Shown: positions 28,151 to 45,750, counted from the stretch's first letter. The stretch is 64,000 nt of DNA from the human T2T-CHM13v2.0 reference genome, Homo sapiens (GCF_009914755.1 NC_060926.1), one strand, 5' to 3'. Translations and numbers: made by a program. The notes: a model not told the origin generated them from the sequence alone.

Positions 28151-31100
28151 CCCATAATCACATTTTTTAAGTAAATCATTCTTTAAAACTCTAACAAAAT
28201 ATTTAAACATTTAAAAAGTGTGGAGCTTTAGAAATGCCTGATTACGTCTTAAGTTTGAGACACGTAGCAGTTATGTACATTGGCAATTCCAGATTTTGCA
28301 ACTTATAAGGAAAGGACTTATATCTTATTCAGTCTTTGTGTGTCTAAACTATCTTCACCTGTAAAATGAGTATAATGAAGTACTTTATAGAGTTGTACAT
28401 GTTATATGTAAAAATATAGCAGTGAGGGGGCAGTGGACTGGCCAAGATGGCCGAGTTGAAGCAGCTAGTGTGTTTGGCTCTCACAGAGAGGAACACAAGG
28501 GGAGAGTCAATACTGCACCTTCAACTGAAACATCCAGGTACTCACATTGGGACTAACCAAGGAAACAACTTGACCCAGGGAGAATGAAGAAAAGAAAGGC
28601 AAAATGACAGCCCACCTGGGAGTACCACAGAGCCAGTGGAACCTCCCTCACCCAGGGAAGCAGTGAGTGAATGTGTGACCCTGGAAACCCATGCTTTTTC
28701 CATGGATCTTTGCAATCCTTGGGTTGGGAGATCTTCTCATGAACCCACTTTACCAGGGCCTTCAGTCTGATGGAGCTATGTGGAATCTTGGCACAGCAGC
28801 CACTCAGGCACACATGGAGACCTGGGAGCCTTAGGTACCTGGGCTTTCCTGCAGAAGTAGCTGCAACTCTGGCAAAGTGGGAGGTTAGACCCTCATACAT
28901 ATTCCTAGGGAAGAGGCTGAATTCAGGGAGCTGAGCAGCAACAGCCTGCAGGCTCCACTTCCACAGAACCTCACAGGATAAGAGCCACTGGCTTGGAATT
29001 CTAGCCAGCCACCAGCAACACTGTTGAGACTCCCTGAGATGAAGCTCCTGAGAGAAGGAGCAGGCCACCATCTTTGCTGTTTGGGCAATTTAGCTGCTCC
29101 AGCCTTTGGGATTTGGAGAGTCTCAGCAGACCAGGGACAGAGGGATCCATTAGCACAGCACAGTGCTACTCTACCAAAATATGGCCGGACTACTGCTTTA
29201 AGAAGGTCCCCAATCCCATTCCTCCTCACTGGGCAGGACCTCCCAACCAGGGCCTGTAGCTACCCATTCTGGTATTCTCAGGCTGACAGAGATTTGAATT
29301 CTCCCTGAGATGGAGTGCCCCGAGGGAGGGGTGGGCTGCCATATTTGATGTTTTGGCAACTTAGCCATTCCAACCTTTGGGCTTTAAGGAGTCCCAGCTG
29401 ACTTAGGGTGGATATAGCCCACCAGCACAGCACAGCTGCTGTACAAAAGCATAGCCAGACTGCTTCTTTAAGCAGGTCCCGGATTCATTCCTCCTCACTG
29501 TTTGGGACTTCCCAACTGGGGCCTCCAGCCACCCCCACTGGTGTTCTCCTGCTGACAGTGATTTCAGTTTTTTCTTGGCTGGAGCTCCCTGATGGAGGGG
29601 CAGGCCATCATGTTTGCTGTTTTTGCAACTTAACCACTTCAACCTTCAGTCTTTGGAGTGTCCAAGGAGACCAGGGGCTGATGTGGACCCTCAGCATAGC
29701 ACAGATGCTCTATAAAAATGTGGTCAGACTGCTTTTTAAGCACTTTCCCAATGTCATTCCGCCTCACTGGGCAAAACCCCCTAACTGGGGTCTCCAGCTA
29801 CCTCCTACAGGTGTGTTTGGGCCAGCAACAAGTTCATTCATACCTCCCTAGGGCAAAGCTTCCAAAGGGAGCAGTAGGCTGCCAACTTTTCTGTTTCACA
29901 GCCTTCACTGATGATAACTCCAGGTACTGGAAAATCTGAGGCTACTAGAGACTGAAGTGGGCCCTGGGCATACTGCAGCAGCCCTATGGAAAAGTGGCCA
30001 GACTGTTACCTGGGTTCCCATTCCTGTATCTTCTCACTAGGCAAGTCTTGCAGGCCTGGGCCTCTACCTAACCCCCCTGCCAGAGCTGTCGAGCCAGTAG
30101 CAACTCAGCCACTCCCTGGACAGAGCCTCCAGGGGCAACTGAAAGCCTCTCTGCCACTGCTTCTGCAGTGGAACTGTCCTTGCTACCCTCAGACTGATGA
30201 AGGAGCTAACACCCTTATCTACACCTTCAACAAGCTTTAATTGACCAAAGCCCATCTCCCACGGGTTTTACACACTCCCCACTGCTCATAACAGACAGGG
30301 AACCCCTGGATTGGCCCCCACAGCATGAATTCTCCATCCTGCTTGCTGATTGCAATAAACAGTTGCTGACCTGTATTCTCCGGGGGTAGAACCCTGAGGA
30401 GACAAACAAAAGACCCTTGGCTACAACCACTACTAATGTCCCTTCCTCTTCTTCCCCAAAGTTAGGGAAGAAATATAAACACTGAGATTGCCCCAGAGCT
30501 GCAGTGGGCAGCCTAGGAGTGCCAAGCCATGATCTACAGCCAGCACTCAAGGAGGAGAGAAGCACATTTTCAGATCATTGAGAGTGAACATGGCTGCAAC
30601 TGTGAGGAAACATAGGGGAGCCACATGACCAAGCAAGACTCTACCAACTGACCAGTAAGCCCAAGTGCCACCTACTGGATCACATCCCAAAGCTTCAGCA
30701 CCAAAAATACCTTACTAATATACTCCCCTCTGAAACCAGAAATGAGAAGTCAGCTTCAAATAAAGAACCTGCACAAAGCCTCAGCCTGGTGAAAACATCT
30801 GAAAATAAGTCTACGGACTGTACTCAATCTACACTGCAATTAAAGGAAAACCCATAGGTGGAAATGAGAAGAAACCAATGCAAGAACTCCAGTAACTCAA
30901 ATGGCCTCTGTGTCATATGTCCTTCAAACAACCACACCAGTTCTCCAACAAGAGTTCTTAACCTGGATGAACTGTCTGGAATTACATAAATATAATTGAG
31001 AATATGGATAGGAAAAAAAATCATCAAGACTCAGGACAATGGCAGAACCCAATCCAAGGAAAATAAGAATAACAATAAAGTGTTATAGGAGCTGAAGGAC

Positions 31101-32619
31101 AAAGTAGCTGGTATAATAAAAAAAGAAACTAACTGATCTGAAAGCGCCAAATAACACAATACAAGAATTTCACAATGCAATCACAAGTATTAACAGCAGA
31201 AAAAACCAATCTGAGGAATGAATCTCAGAACTTGAAGATTGGTTCTCTAAAATAAGATGGACAAAAATAAAAAAGAATGAACAAAACCTTCAAGGAGCAT
31301 GGGATTATATAAAGAAGCCAATTCTACAAATCACTGGCATCTCTGAAAGGGAGGTGGAGAAATCAAATAACTTGGAAAACATTTCAGGATATCATCTATG
31401 AAAGCTTCCCTAACCTTGCTGGAAAGGCCAACAGTCAAATTCAGGAAATACAAAGAACTCCTACAAGATTCTACACAAGACCATCCTCAAGACACATAAA
31501 CATCAGGTTTTCCAAGGTCAAAATGAGGGAAAGAATGTTAAAGGCAGCCAGAGAGAAAGGGGCAGGCCATCTACAAAGGGAACCCCATGAGGCTAACAGC
31601 AGATCTCTCAGCTGAAATCCTACAAGCCAGAAGGGATTGGGGGACTATATTTAACATTATTAAAGAAAATCTTCAACCAAGAATTTCATATCCAGCTAAA
31701 CTAAGCTTCCTAAATGAAGGAGAAATGAGATCATTTACAGACAAGCAAATTCTGAGGTAATTCATTACCACCACATCTGCCTTACAAGAGATTTTAGAAA
31801 GGAGGACTAAATATAGAAAGGAAAGACCACTACACACTAATACAAAAACATACTTAAACACACAGACCAGTGACACTATAAAGCAACCACACAAACAAGC
31901 CAACATAATAACCAGCCAACAGCACAATGACAAGATCAAATCTACACAAATCAATACTAACCTTGAAAGTAAATGGACAAATGCCCCACTTAAAAGGCAG
32001 AGTGGCAAGCTAGATTAAAAAAAAAAAAAAGCGAGACCCAATGGTATGTCGTCTTCAAGAGACCCATCTCACACATAATGACACTCATCGTCTCAAACTA
32101 AAAGGATGGAGGAAAATCTACCAGACAAATAGAAAACAGAAAAAAAGCAGAGGTTGCAATCCTAATTTCAGACAAAACAGATTTCAAATGAACAATAATT
32201 TTTCAAAAAGACAAGGGGGCAGGGGCAAGATAGCCAACTAGAAGCAGCTGCAATTCGAGGCTCCCACTGAGAAGAACTAAAACAGTGTGCAAATCCTGCA
32301 CCAGCAACTGACATATCCAGGTTCTATGATCAGGACTGACTAGGTAGTTGGCATGGCCCATAGAGAACAAGGAAAGATGGGCTGGTGGATTGGCCCACCT
32401 GGGAGCCACATGGGGCAAGGGGAGCCCTCACCCTCAGCCAGCCAAGGGAGGCAGTGAGTGAGCATGCTACCCAGCCTGGGAAACTGCTTTTTCCATGGAT
32501 CTTTGCAATCCACAGATCAGAAGATCCCACTCATGAGACCACACCACCAGGGCCTTGGGTGCCAACTACAGAGCCATGCAGATTCTCAACAGCCACTCAG
32601 CTGGAGTCTGCCTAAAAAG

Positions 32620-32875
32620 TTGGGGAGGGTTGTCATCATCACTGTGGCTGCCTGCTGCCTAAACCCTCTGAGTTCCCTGGGGGAGGGGGAGCAGTCATCA
32701 CTGTGGTTGCTGGCTGCCTAAGACAACTGAGCTTCCCAAGAGAGGGGCAGTCATCATCACTGCAGCTGCCTGCTGCCTGAGGAAACTGAGCTCCCCAAGA
32801 AGGGACAGCAGCCATCACTGTGGCTGCTAGCTGCCTAAGACACTGAACTCCTGGGGAGGAAGGGCGGCAGCCATT
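32620..32875 (+). repeat. ~60-bp tandem repeat (4-5 copies) within the middle L1 5'UTR
   Basis: CATCACTGTGGCTGCCTGCTGCCTAA...CTGAGCTCCC recurs at ~32637, 32697, 32755 and 32813. Confidence 0.75.
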
Positions 32876-34839
32876 TCTACAGAGCCAGGCTGCTGTTTTT
32901 CCTTTGCTGATGCCAGGGAGACTGGACGGCTTGGTCCCAAGAGGTATTCCCCACAGCGCAGCATACTGGCTGTGGCAGATCATGGCCAGACTGCCTCTTT
33001 AGGCTGACCCTCACCCATCCCTCCTCACTGGGTGGGGCATCCCTGCAGGAACTCCAGCAACTCAAGCCAGGGAATTAGGGAGAGAACTCTGATCTCTCTA
33101 AGTCTGAGTCCCTAGCAGGAGGGGTGGCTGGCTGTTGTCTCCACAAACCAGAAGACTTATTCTTTCCCCCTGCTCACTCTGAGGAATCCAGGCATCCCAG
33201 ACGAGTGGGATTTCCCCCAGCACAGCATACCCCCTTCACAAAGGGACAACTAAAGTGCTTCATTAAGCAAGTCCTGGATCCTGTGCCCCCCAACTGGGTG
33301 AGACACCCCAATGGGTCACCAGACACCTTATACAAGAGCATTTCTACTGGCATCAGGTGGGTGCCCCTCAAGGACAGAGATCCCAGAGGAAGGAGTGGGG
33401 TCTCATCTTTGCTGTTCTCCAGCACTCTCTGGTGACATCTTCAGGTGTGGGAGGGACCCAGATAAGTAGGGCTTGAAGTGAATCCCCAGCAAACTGCAGC
33501 AGCCCTACAGAAGAGGTGCCTGACTGTTCAAAGGAAAACAGAAAGCAACAACAACATCAACCAAAAAGTCCCCACGAAAACCTCATCTAAAGGTCAGCAG
33601 CCTCAAAGATCAAAATGAGACAAACTCATGAAGATGAGAAAGGAATGAAAAACCCCTCACAACTCAAAAGGCCAGAGTGGCTTGTTTACTCCAAATGATC
33701 ACAACACCTCTACAGCAAGGGCACAGTGCTGGGAGGAGGTTGAGATGGATGAATTGACAGAAGTAGGCTTCAGAAGGTGGGTAGTAGCAAACTTCACTGA
33801 GCTAAAGGAGCACGTTCTAACCCAACACATTGGAACGAATCCCAGAACTTAAAGATTGGTTCTCTAAAATAAGACAGACAAAAATAAAAAAGAATAAAAC
33901 GGAAGGAACAAAACCTCCAATAAGTATGGGGTTATGTATAGAGGCCAATTCTACAAATCACTGGCATCCCTGAAAGGGAGGTGGAGAAATCAATGCATTG
34001 GGTTAGAACATGCTCCTTTAGCTCTGTGAAATTTGTTATTACCCACCTTCTGAACCCTACTTCTGTCAGCAAAGAAGCTAAGAACCATGTTAAAAGGTTA
34101 CAGAAGATGCTAACTAGAATAACCAGTTTAGAGAGGAACATAAATGACCGGAGCCAACTATAAAGCACATAAGGGGAACTTCGTGATGCAAACACAAGTA
34201 TCAACAGCTGAATTGATCAAGCAGAAAAAAGAATATCAGAGCTTGAAGACTATCTTGCCAAAATAAGGCAGGCAGACAAGATTAGAGAAAAAAGAATGAA
34301 AAGGAATGAACAAAACCTCAAAGAACTGTGGAACTATGTAAAAGACCAAACCTATGACTGCTTGGACTACCTGAAAGAGACAAGGAGAATGGAGCCACGT
34401 TGGGAAAACACACTTCAAGATATCATCCAGGAGAACTTCCCCAACCTAGCAAGACAGGCCAACATTCAAATTCAGGAAATCCAGAGAACCCCAGTAAGAT
34501 ACTCCACAAGAAAATCAACCCTCAAGACACATAGTCATCAGATTCTCCAAGATCAAAATGAAGGAAAAAATGTTAAAGGCAGCCAGAGACAAGGGCAGGT
34601 CACCTACAAGGGGAAGCCCGTCAGACTAACCGTGGGCCTCTCAGCAGAAACCCTACAAGCCAGAAGACAGTTGGGTCCAATGGTCAACATTCTTAGAGAA
34701 AAGAATTTCTAACCTAGAATTTCATATCTGGCCAAACTAACCTTCATAAGTGAAGGAGAAATCCTTCTCAGACAAGCAAATGCTGAGGGAATTTATCACC
34801 ACCAGGCCTGCCTTGCAAGACCTCCTGAAGGAAGCACTA

Positions 34840-38162
<3,323 letters not shown>

Positions 38163-40094
38163 AAAGATGGAAAGGAAAAACTGGTACCAGCCACTGCAAA
38201 AATGTACTGAAGTACAAAGACCAATGACACTATGAAGAAACTGCAGCAACTAGTGAGCAAAATAACCAGCTAGCATCATGGTGACAGGATCAAATCCACG
38301 CATAACAATATTAACCTTAAGTGTCAATGGGCTAAATGTACCAATTAAAAGACACAGACCAGCAATTTGGATATAAAGAGTCAAGATTCAGGTGTGCTGT
38401 ATTCAGGGTTCCTATCTCATGTGGAAAGACACACGTAGGCTCAAAGGGATGGAGGAAAATTTACCAAGCAAATGGAAAGCAGAAATAAGCAGGGGTTGCA
38501 ATCCTAGTTTCTGACAAAACAGACTTTGAATCAACAAAGATAAAAAAAAGACAAAGAATAGCATCACACAATGATAAAGGAATCAATTCAACAAGAAGAG
38601 CTAACTATCCTAAATATGTATGCACCCAATACAGGAGAACCCAGATTCATAAAACAAGTCTTTAGAGACCTACAAAGAGACTCAGGCTCCCATACAACAA
38701 TAGTCGGAGACATTAACACCCCATTGTAAATATTGGATCATCTAGACAGAAAATTAACAAGAAAGGACTGGAACACAGCTCTGGATCAAGTGAATCTCAT
38801 AGATATCTACAGAACTCTCCAACACAAAACAACAGACTATATATTATTCTCAGTGGCATATGACACTCTAAAGTTGATCACAAAATTAGAATTAAAACAC
38901 TCCTCAGCAAATGCAAAATAACTGAAATCATAACAATCTCTCAGACCACAGTGCAATCAAATTAGAACTCAAGATTAAGAAACTCACTCAAAACCACACA
39001 ACTACATGGAAATTGAACAACCTGCTCCTGAGTGACTTCTGGGTAAATAATAAAATTAAGGCAGAAATCAAGAAGTTCTTTGAAACCAATGAGAACAAAG
39101 AGACAATGTACCAGAATCTCTGGGAGGCAACTAAAGCAGTGTTAAGAGGTAAATTTATAGCACTAAATGCCCGCATCATAAAGCTAGAAATATCTCAAAT
39201 CAATACCCTAACATCACAACTAAAAGAACTAGAGAAGCAAGAGCAAACAAATCCAAAAGCTAGCAGAAGAGAAAAAAAAAATGACTAAGATCAAAGTGGA
39301 ACTGAAGGAGACAGAGACATGAAAAACCCTTCAAAAAAAAAAAAACAAGAAATAAAACGTGTTCAAATAGCAAGAGATAAAATCAAATTGTCTCTGTTTG
39401 CAGAAAACGTGATTCTATATCTAGAAAACCACATTGTCACAGCCCAAAAACTCCTTAAGCTGATAAGCAAGTTCAGCAAAGTCTGAGGATACAAAATCAA
39501 TGTGCAAAAATCACAAGCATTCTTATACACCAGCAATAGACAATATTCTTCAATTCCTATACACCAATAATAGACAAGAGAGCCAAATCATGAATGAACT
39601 CCCATTCACAATTGTTACAAAGAGAATAAAATACCTAGGAATACAGCTAATGATGGGTGTGAAGAACCTCTTCAAGGAGAACTACAAGCCACTGCTCAAA
39701 GAAATAAGAGAGGACACAAACAAATGGAAAAATATTCCATGCTCATGGGTGGGAAGAATCAGTCTCATGAAAATGGCCATACTGCCCAAAGTAATTTATA
39801 GATTCAGTGCTATTCACATCAAACTACCATTGACATTCTTCACAGAATTAAAAAAAAAACTACTTTAAATTTCATATGCAACCAAAAAAGAGACTCAATA
39901 GTCAAGACAATCCTAAGCAAAAAGAACAAAGCTGGAGGCATCATGCTATATGACTTCAAACTATACTGCAAGGCCACACTAATCAAAACAGCATGGTACT
40001 GATACCAAAACAGACACACAGACCAATGGAACAGAATAGAGATCTCAGAAATAAGACCACACATCTACAACCATCTGATCTTTGACAAACCTGA

Positions 40095-40424
<330 letters not shown>

Positions 40425-42939
40425 AGGATTCCCTATTTAAATGGTGCTGGGAAAACTGACTAGCCATATGCAGAAAACTGAAACTGGACCTCATCCTTAC
40501 ACCTTATGCAAAAATTAACTCAAGATGGATTAAAAACTTAAATGTAAAACCCCAAACCGTAAAAAACCCTAGAAGAAAATCTAGGAAGTTCCATTCAGGA
40601 CATAGGCATAGGCAAAGATTTTATGATGAAATCATCAATAGCAATTGCAACAAAAGCAAAAATTGACAAATGGGATCTAATTAAACGTAAGCACTTCTGC
40701 ACAGGGAAAGAAACTATCATCAGAGTGAACAAGCAACCTATAGAATGGGAGAATATTTTTGCCATCTACCAATCTGACAAAGGTCTAATATCCAGAATCT
40801 ACAAGGAACTTAAACAAATTTACAAGAAAATAATAACCCCATCAAAATGTGGGCAAAGGCCATGAACAGACATTCTGAAAAGAAGACATTTATGCGTCCA
40901 ACAAACATATGAAAAAAAAAAAGCTCAACATCAGTGTTTATTAGAGAAATGCAAATCAAAACCACAATGAGATACCATCTCATGCCAGTCAGAATGGCAA
41001 TTATTAAAAAGTCAAGAAACAACAGATGCTAGAGAGGCTATGGAGAAACAGGAACACTTTTATACTGTTGGGAACGTAAACTAGTTCAACCATTGTGGAA
41101 GACAGTGTGGCAATTCCTGAAGGATCTAGAAGCAGAAATACCATTTGACCCAGCAATCCCATTACTAGGTTTATATCCAAAGAAATCTAAATCATTCTAT
41201 TTTAAAGATACATGCACACTTATGTTTATTGCAGCACTATTCACAATAGCAAAGACATGGCATCAACCCAAATTTCTATCAATGATAGATTGGATAAAGA
41301 AAATGTGATACATATGCACCATGGAATACTATGCAGCCATAAAAAGGAATGAGATCCTGTCTTTTGCAGGGACATGGATGAAGCTGGAAGCCATAAACTT
41401 CAGCCAATTAACACAGGAACAGGAAACCAAACACCACATGTTCTCATAAGTGGGAACTGAACAATGAGAACACATGGACACGGAGGGGCAGAACACACAC
41501 CGGAGCCTGTTGGGAAGGTAGGGGGAAGGAGAGCATCAAGATAAATAGCTAATGCATGTGGGGCTTAATACCTAGGTGATAGGTTGATAGGTGCAGCAAA
41601 CCACCATGGCACATGTTTAACTATGTAACAAACCTGCACATCCTGTACATGTATCCTGGAACTTAAAATAAAATAGAAAAGACAAAGAAGGATATTACAT
41701 AATGGCAAAGGCTTCAATTCAACAAGAAGACCTAACTATCCTAAATATATATTCATCCAACACAGGAGCACCCAGATTCATAAGTAAAGTTCTTAGAGAC
41801 CTACAAAGTATGTTTCACAGTAATAGTGGGAGACTTTCACACTCCAATGACAGTATTAGATCATTGAGGCAAAAAAATGAACAAAGATATTCAGGACCTG
41901 AACTCAACATTGGATCAAATGGATCTGATAGACCTTTACAGAACTCTGCACTCAAAAACAACAGAATATGCATTCCTCACATCATCATATGCCACATACT
42001 CTAAAATCAACCACATAATTGGACATAAAGCAATCCTCAGCAAATGCAAAACAACTGAACTCATACCAAATACACACTGAGATCACAGTGCAGTAAAAAT
42101 AGAAGACTAAGAAAATTGCTGAAAATCATGCAATTACATGGAAATCAATCAACATGCTCCTGAATGACTTTTTAATAAATAATGAAATTAAGGCAGAAAA
42201 CAAGAAGTTCTTTGAAAATAATGAGAACAAAGTTGCAACATACTAGAGCCTCTGGACATAGCTAAGGCAATGTTAGGAGGGAAATTTATAGCACTAAATC
42301 CCACATCAAAAAGTTAGGAAGAACTCAAATTAATAACCTAACATCACAACGGAAAGAACTAGAGAAGCAAGACAAAACCCCAAAGCTAGAGGAAGACAAG
42401 AAATAACTGAAAATCCGAGCTGAATTCAAAGAAACCGAGACATGAAGAAAAAAAAATTCAAAAGATCTACGAATTCAGGGTAGGTTTCTTGAAAATATTA
42501 ATAAGAAAGTCTGCTAGCAGACTAATACAGAGGATGATTGAAATAAACACAATTAGAAATGACAAAGGGAATGTAATTACCACTGACCCCACAGAAATAG
42601 AAACAACCATCAGAAACTACTGCAAACACTTCTGTGCATACAAACTAGAAAACTTCAAAGAGATGGATAAATTCCTGGACAAATACACCCTCCCACAACT
42701 GAGCCAGGAAGAAATTGATTTGCTGAACAGACCAATAACAAGCTCCGAAATTGAATCAGTAATAAATAACCTACCAATCAAAAAAAGCCCAGAACATGAT
42801 GGATTCCCAGCCATATTCTACTAGAAGTACAAAGAAGAGCTGGTACCATTTTTACAGGAACTATTTGAAAATATTGAGGAGGAGGAACTCCTCCCCAACT
42901 CATTCTATGAGGCCAACATCATCTTGATACCAAAATCTG

Positions 42940-42940
<1 letters not shown>

Positions 42941-42984
<44 letters not shown>
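42941..42984. repeat. (CA)n microsatellite, ~21 units
   Basis: Direct reading of the sequence. Confidence 0.95.
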
Positions 42985-42988
<4 letters not shown>

Positions 42989-43290
42989 TCAGGCCAATAC
43001 CCTTGATGAACATCAATGCAAAAATCCTCAACAAAATACGGGCAAACCAAATCCAGCAGCACATCAAAAAGTTAATCCATCATGATCAAGTATGCTTCAT
43101 CCCCAGGATGCAAGGTTGCCTCAACATACACGTCAATTAATCTGATTCATCCCATAAACAAAACTAAAGATAAAAACCATGTGATTATCTCAATATATGC
43201 AGAAAAGGCTTTCAATAAAATTCAAGGCCTCTCCATATTAAAAACTCTAAAAAATCTGGGTATTGAGGAAACATAGCTCAAAGTGATGAG

Positions 43291-43988
43291 CTGTTTTTGT
43301 ACCAGTATCATGCTGTTTTGGTTACTGTAGCCCTGTAGTATAGTTTGAAGTTGGGTAACATGATGCCTCCAGCTTTGTTCTTTTTGCTGAGGATTGCTTG
43401 GCTATTAGGGCTCTTTTTTTTTTTGGTTCCATATGAATTTTGAAATAGTTTGCTCTAGTTCTGTGAGGAATGCCATTGGTAATTTAATAGGGATAACTTG
43501 CATCTGTAAATTACTTTGGGCAGTATAGCCATTTTAATGATGTTAATTCTTCCTATCCATGAGCATGAAATGTTTTTCCATTTGTTTGTGTCTTCTCTGA
43601 TTTCTTTGAGCAGTGTTTTGTAATTCTCCTAGAGATCTCTTAGAGATCTTTCACCTCCCTGGTTAGCTGTATTCCTAGGTATTTTATTTTTTCTGTGTGT
43701 AGCAATTATGAATGGGATTATGTTCTTCATTTGACTCTCTGCTTTACTGCTAGGAATTTTTGCACATTGATTTTGTATGCTAAGACTTTGCTAAAGTTTA
43801 TCAGCAGAAGGAGCTTTGGGGCTAAGACTATGGGGTTTTCTAGATATAGAATCATGTCATCTGTAAACAGAGACAGTTTGACTTCCTGTCTATTCCTCTC
43901 TTCCCTCCTCTATTTGGATGCCCTTCCAGTTTTGCACATTCAGTGTAATGTTGGCTGTGGGTTTGCCATGGCTAGCTCTCATCATTTT
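43291..43988 (-). mobile_element. Inverted L1 ORF2 segment continuing the outer L1
   Basis: Antisense ORF2 whose distal end (rc CAAAATGATGAGAGCT) repeats the point where the sense L1 stops (CAAAGTGATGAGCT). Confidence 0.75.
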
Positions 43989-45750
43989 GGCACTTCCGAC
44001 TAGAAGTGCGAGAGGGGCCAGTGTTGTTGTTACCTGAAAGGTAAGTGCAGCCCACAAAAATGCAGTGAAGAAGAAGATATATGCATATGTTTAAGTTAAT
44101 ACAATTGAGATACATTTAGCAGACAGAATCAATAGAGTTGATGAGTGACTGACTGGATGTGTGGGGAGTTTATATCACTCCCAGGTTTTTGACTTGGGCA
44201 ACCGGGCACTCAAGAAGGAAAAAGAGGATCCAGGGAGAGGAACTTTTCTGAGGACTGGGGTAGGGCTGAACAGCTGCATTCGAGACTGGTGGAGGGTGGG
44301 CTGGGCATGGGATGCACAAATGGAAATTCCACTGGGTCTGCAGCTCACACATAGGCATGACCAGCATAGAGATAGAGAGGCCCCAGTGCTGCTGAGTAAC
44401 TGTGATTCCCCAGGTGATGGCATCAGCTGAGAAGGGAAGGAAGCCCATGTGAGGACACTGAAGAAGGAGTGAGCAGACAATAAGAAGCCCACAGAAGACA
44501 GAGAAGGAACAACTAGAGGGAGAAGCCAAGGCAGGCATGTGTGATAACATATAGGAACTGAGGGAGAGGACATTTCAAGATGGAGGGGATGCCATACAAC
44601 AGGACTATGTGATGGTTTTTGGCTGTGTCCATAGGAAGTCACAACAGGCAAGGGAAAGAAACCAGAACCCAGTCATGGAGTTAAGAAGTGAGTCAGAGAG
44701 GAGATGGGTAGGGACAGTGAGGTAAGGCCTCTTTCTAAGGAAGTTTGGCTGAAGGATAGACTAGCTGGACACATGCTGGCTGTGTGGGGTAGAGGGAGGA
44801 ATGATGGAGGGTAGGAGAGCCTTGAGCCTGCGAGAAGAGTCTCCTAGAATAGAGAAGCTGAGGTTAAAGTTGTGGAAGACAGTGGGGATAACTGAGTGAC
44901 AGATAATCAGGAGAAGAAAAGGAGATCCAGAATCATGACAGAGAGATGACCTTTGCCAAGAGCACAGCCATCTTTCACTGTCACAGAGAGGTAGGACAAA
45001 ACGATTGGTGTTCAAGAATTGGTTTGTAGCACAATATTTTAACTATGTCCTTTAAAAAGTTTCTCCACAGACACTACCCAAAGCAGTCCTTCACTACAGT
45101 GGCAGACAGACCTGAAAATTTTCATCTGAAGCAGCAGAGTGAACTGCAGAGTCAGGTAATTTCTAGAAGGCTTGCTTTGTTCCATTGATACTGAAGATTA
45201 TTCATGAGGCCAGTCTTCTGAGATTTCTGTCATTTCTCTCATGCCAGGTCACCAACCAGTGTGGAGGCTAAAAGCGGGCCTCTTTGGGGATTCCAGGTGG
45301 AAGTGTTGGACATCTGTAGTATTCCTGGTCTCAAATCATCCTGATATTCTTCATTTTGTTATTCACATTGGACTAGGGCAAGGAAATGAGTTCTGGTCAG
45401 AGTCAATGTTTCCCAACAATGTTGATTTATTTGGTCCTAAATATTTAAACACATTTTATAAATAGCTTTTCCACACCACATATATAGGGAAAAACAGGGA
45501 ATTAACTTGGCCCAGCAGCACTGTTTGTGGGGCTAACACCCTGTGTATCTCACACCAACCCTAAGCTTTGTTTCCCTCCTGTCACTTTGCTCCTATTTCT
45601 TTCATATGAAAGAATGTTCATTTTCTTTGAAAATGAGCTCATTTCCTCATTTTCTTTCCATCTTTCAGCAGGAACAAAGATCACCACAACTGGCTCCCCT
45701 TCAACTATGTTAGATGGCAACTTGCCTTCAGTATGGTGAAACACATCAGT
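43929..45750 (+). ncRNA. LINC00342: Putative spliced lncRNA exon chain (LINC00342-like): donor at 44040/44041, exon 45071-45155, NAGNAG acceptor at 45668/45671; true ends unknown
   Basis: Strong splice signals AAG|GTAAGT, TCTCCACAG|, CAG|GTAATT and TTTCTTTCCATCTTTCAG|CAG. Name inferred only from recalled position between ANKRD36C and GPAT2P1. Confidence 0.4.
45071..45155 (+). pseudogene. Isolated NEBL (LIM-nebulette/LASP2) exon-3 copy: [28 protein letters not shown]
   Basis: 85-nt exon (1 nt + 28 codons) with intact AG/GT. 25 of 28 residues match LASP2 [28 protein letters not shown] as recalled. FTTV points to NEBL rather than LASP1 (FTMV). Confidence 0.85.

Noticed and set aside
45527-45739. 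70-aa ORF ending GTKITTTGSPSTMLDGNLPSVW
   Set aside because: Its first two-thirds lie in an intron-like pyrimidine tract upstream of the acceptor, and I could assign no homolog.
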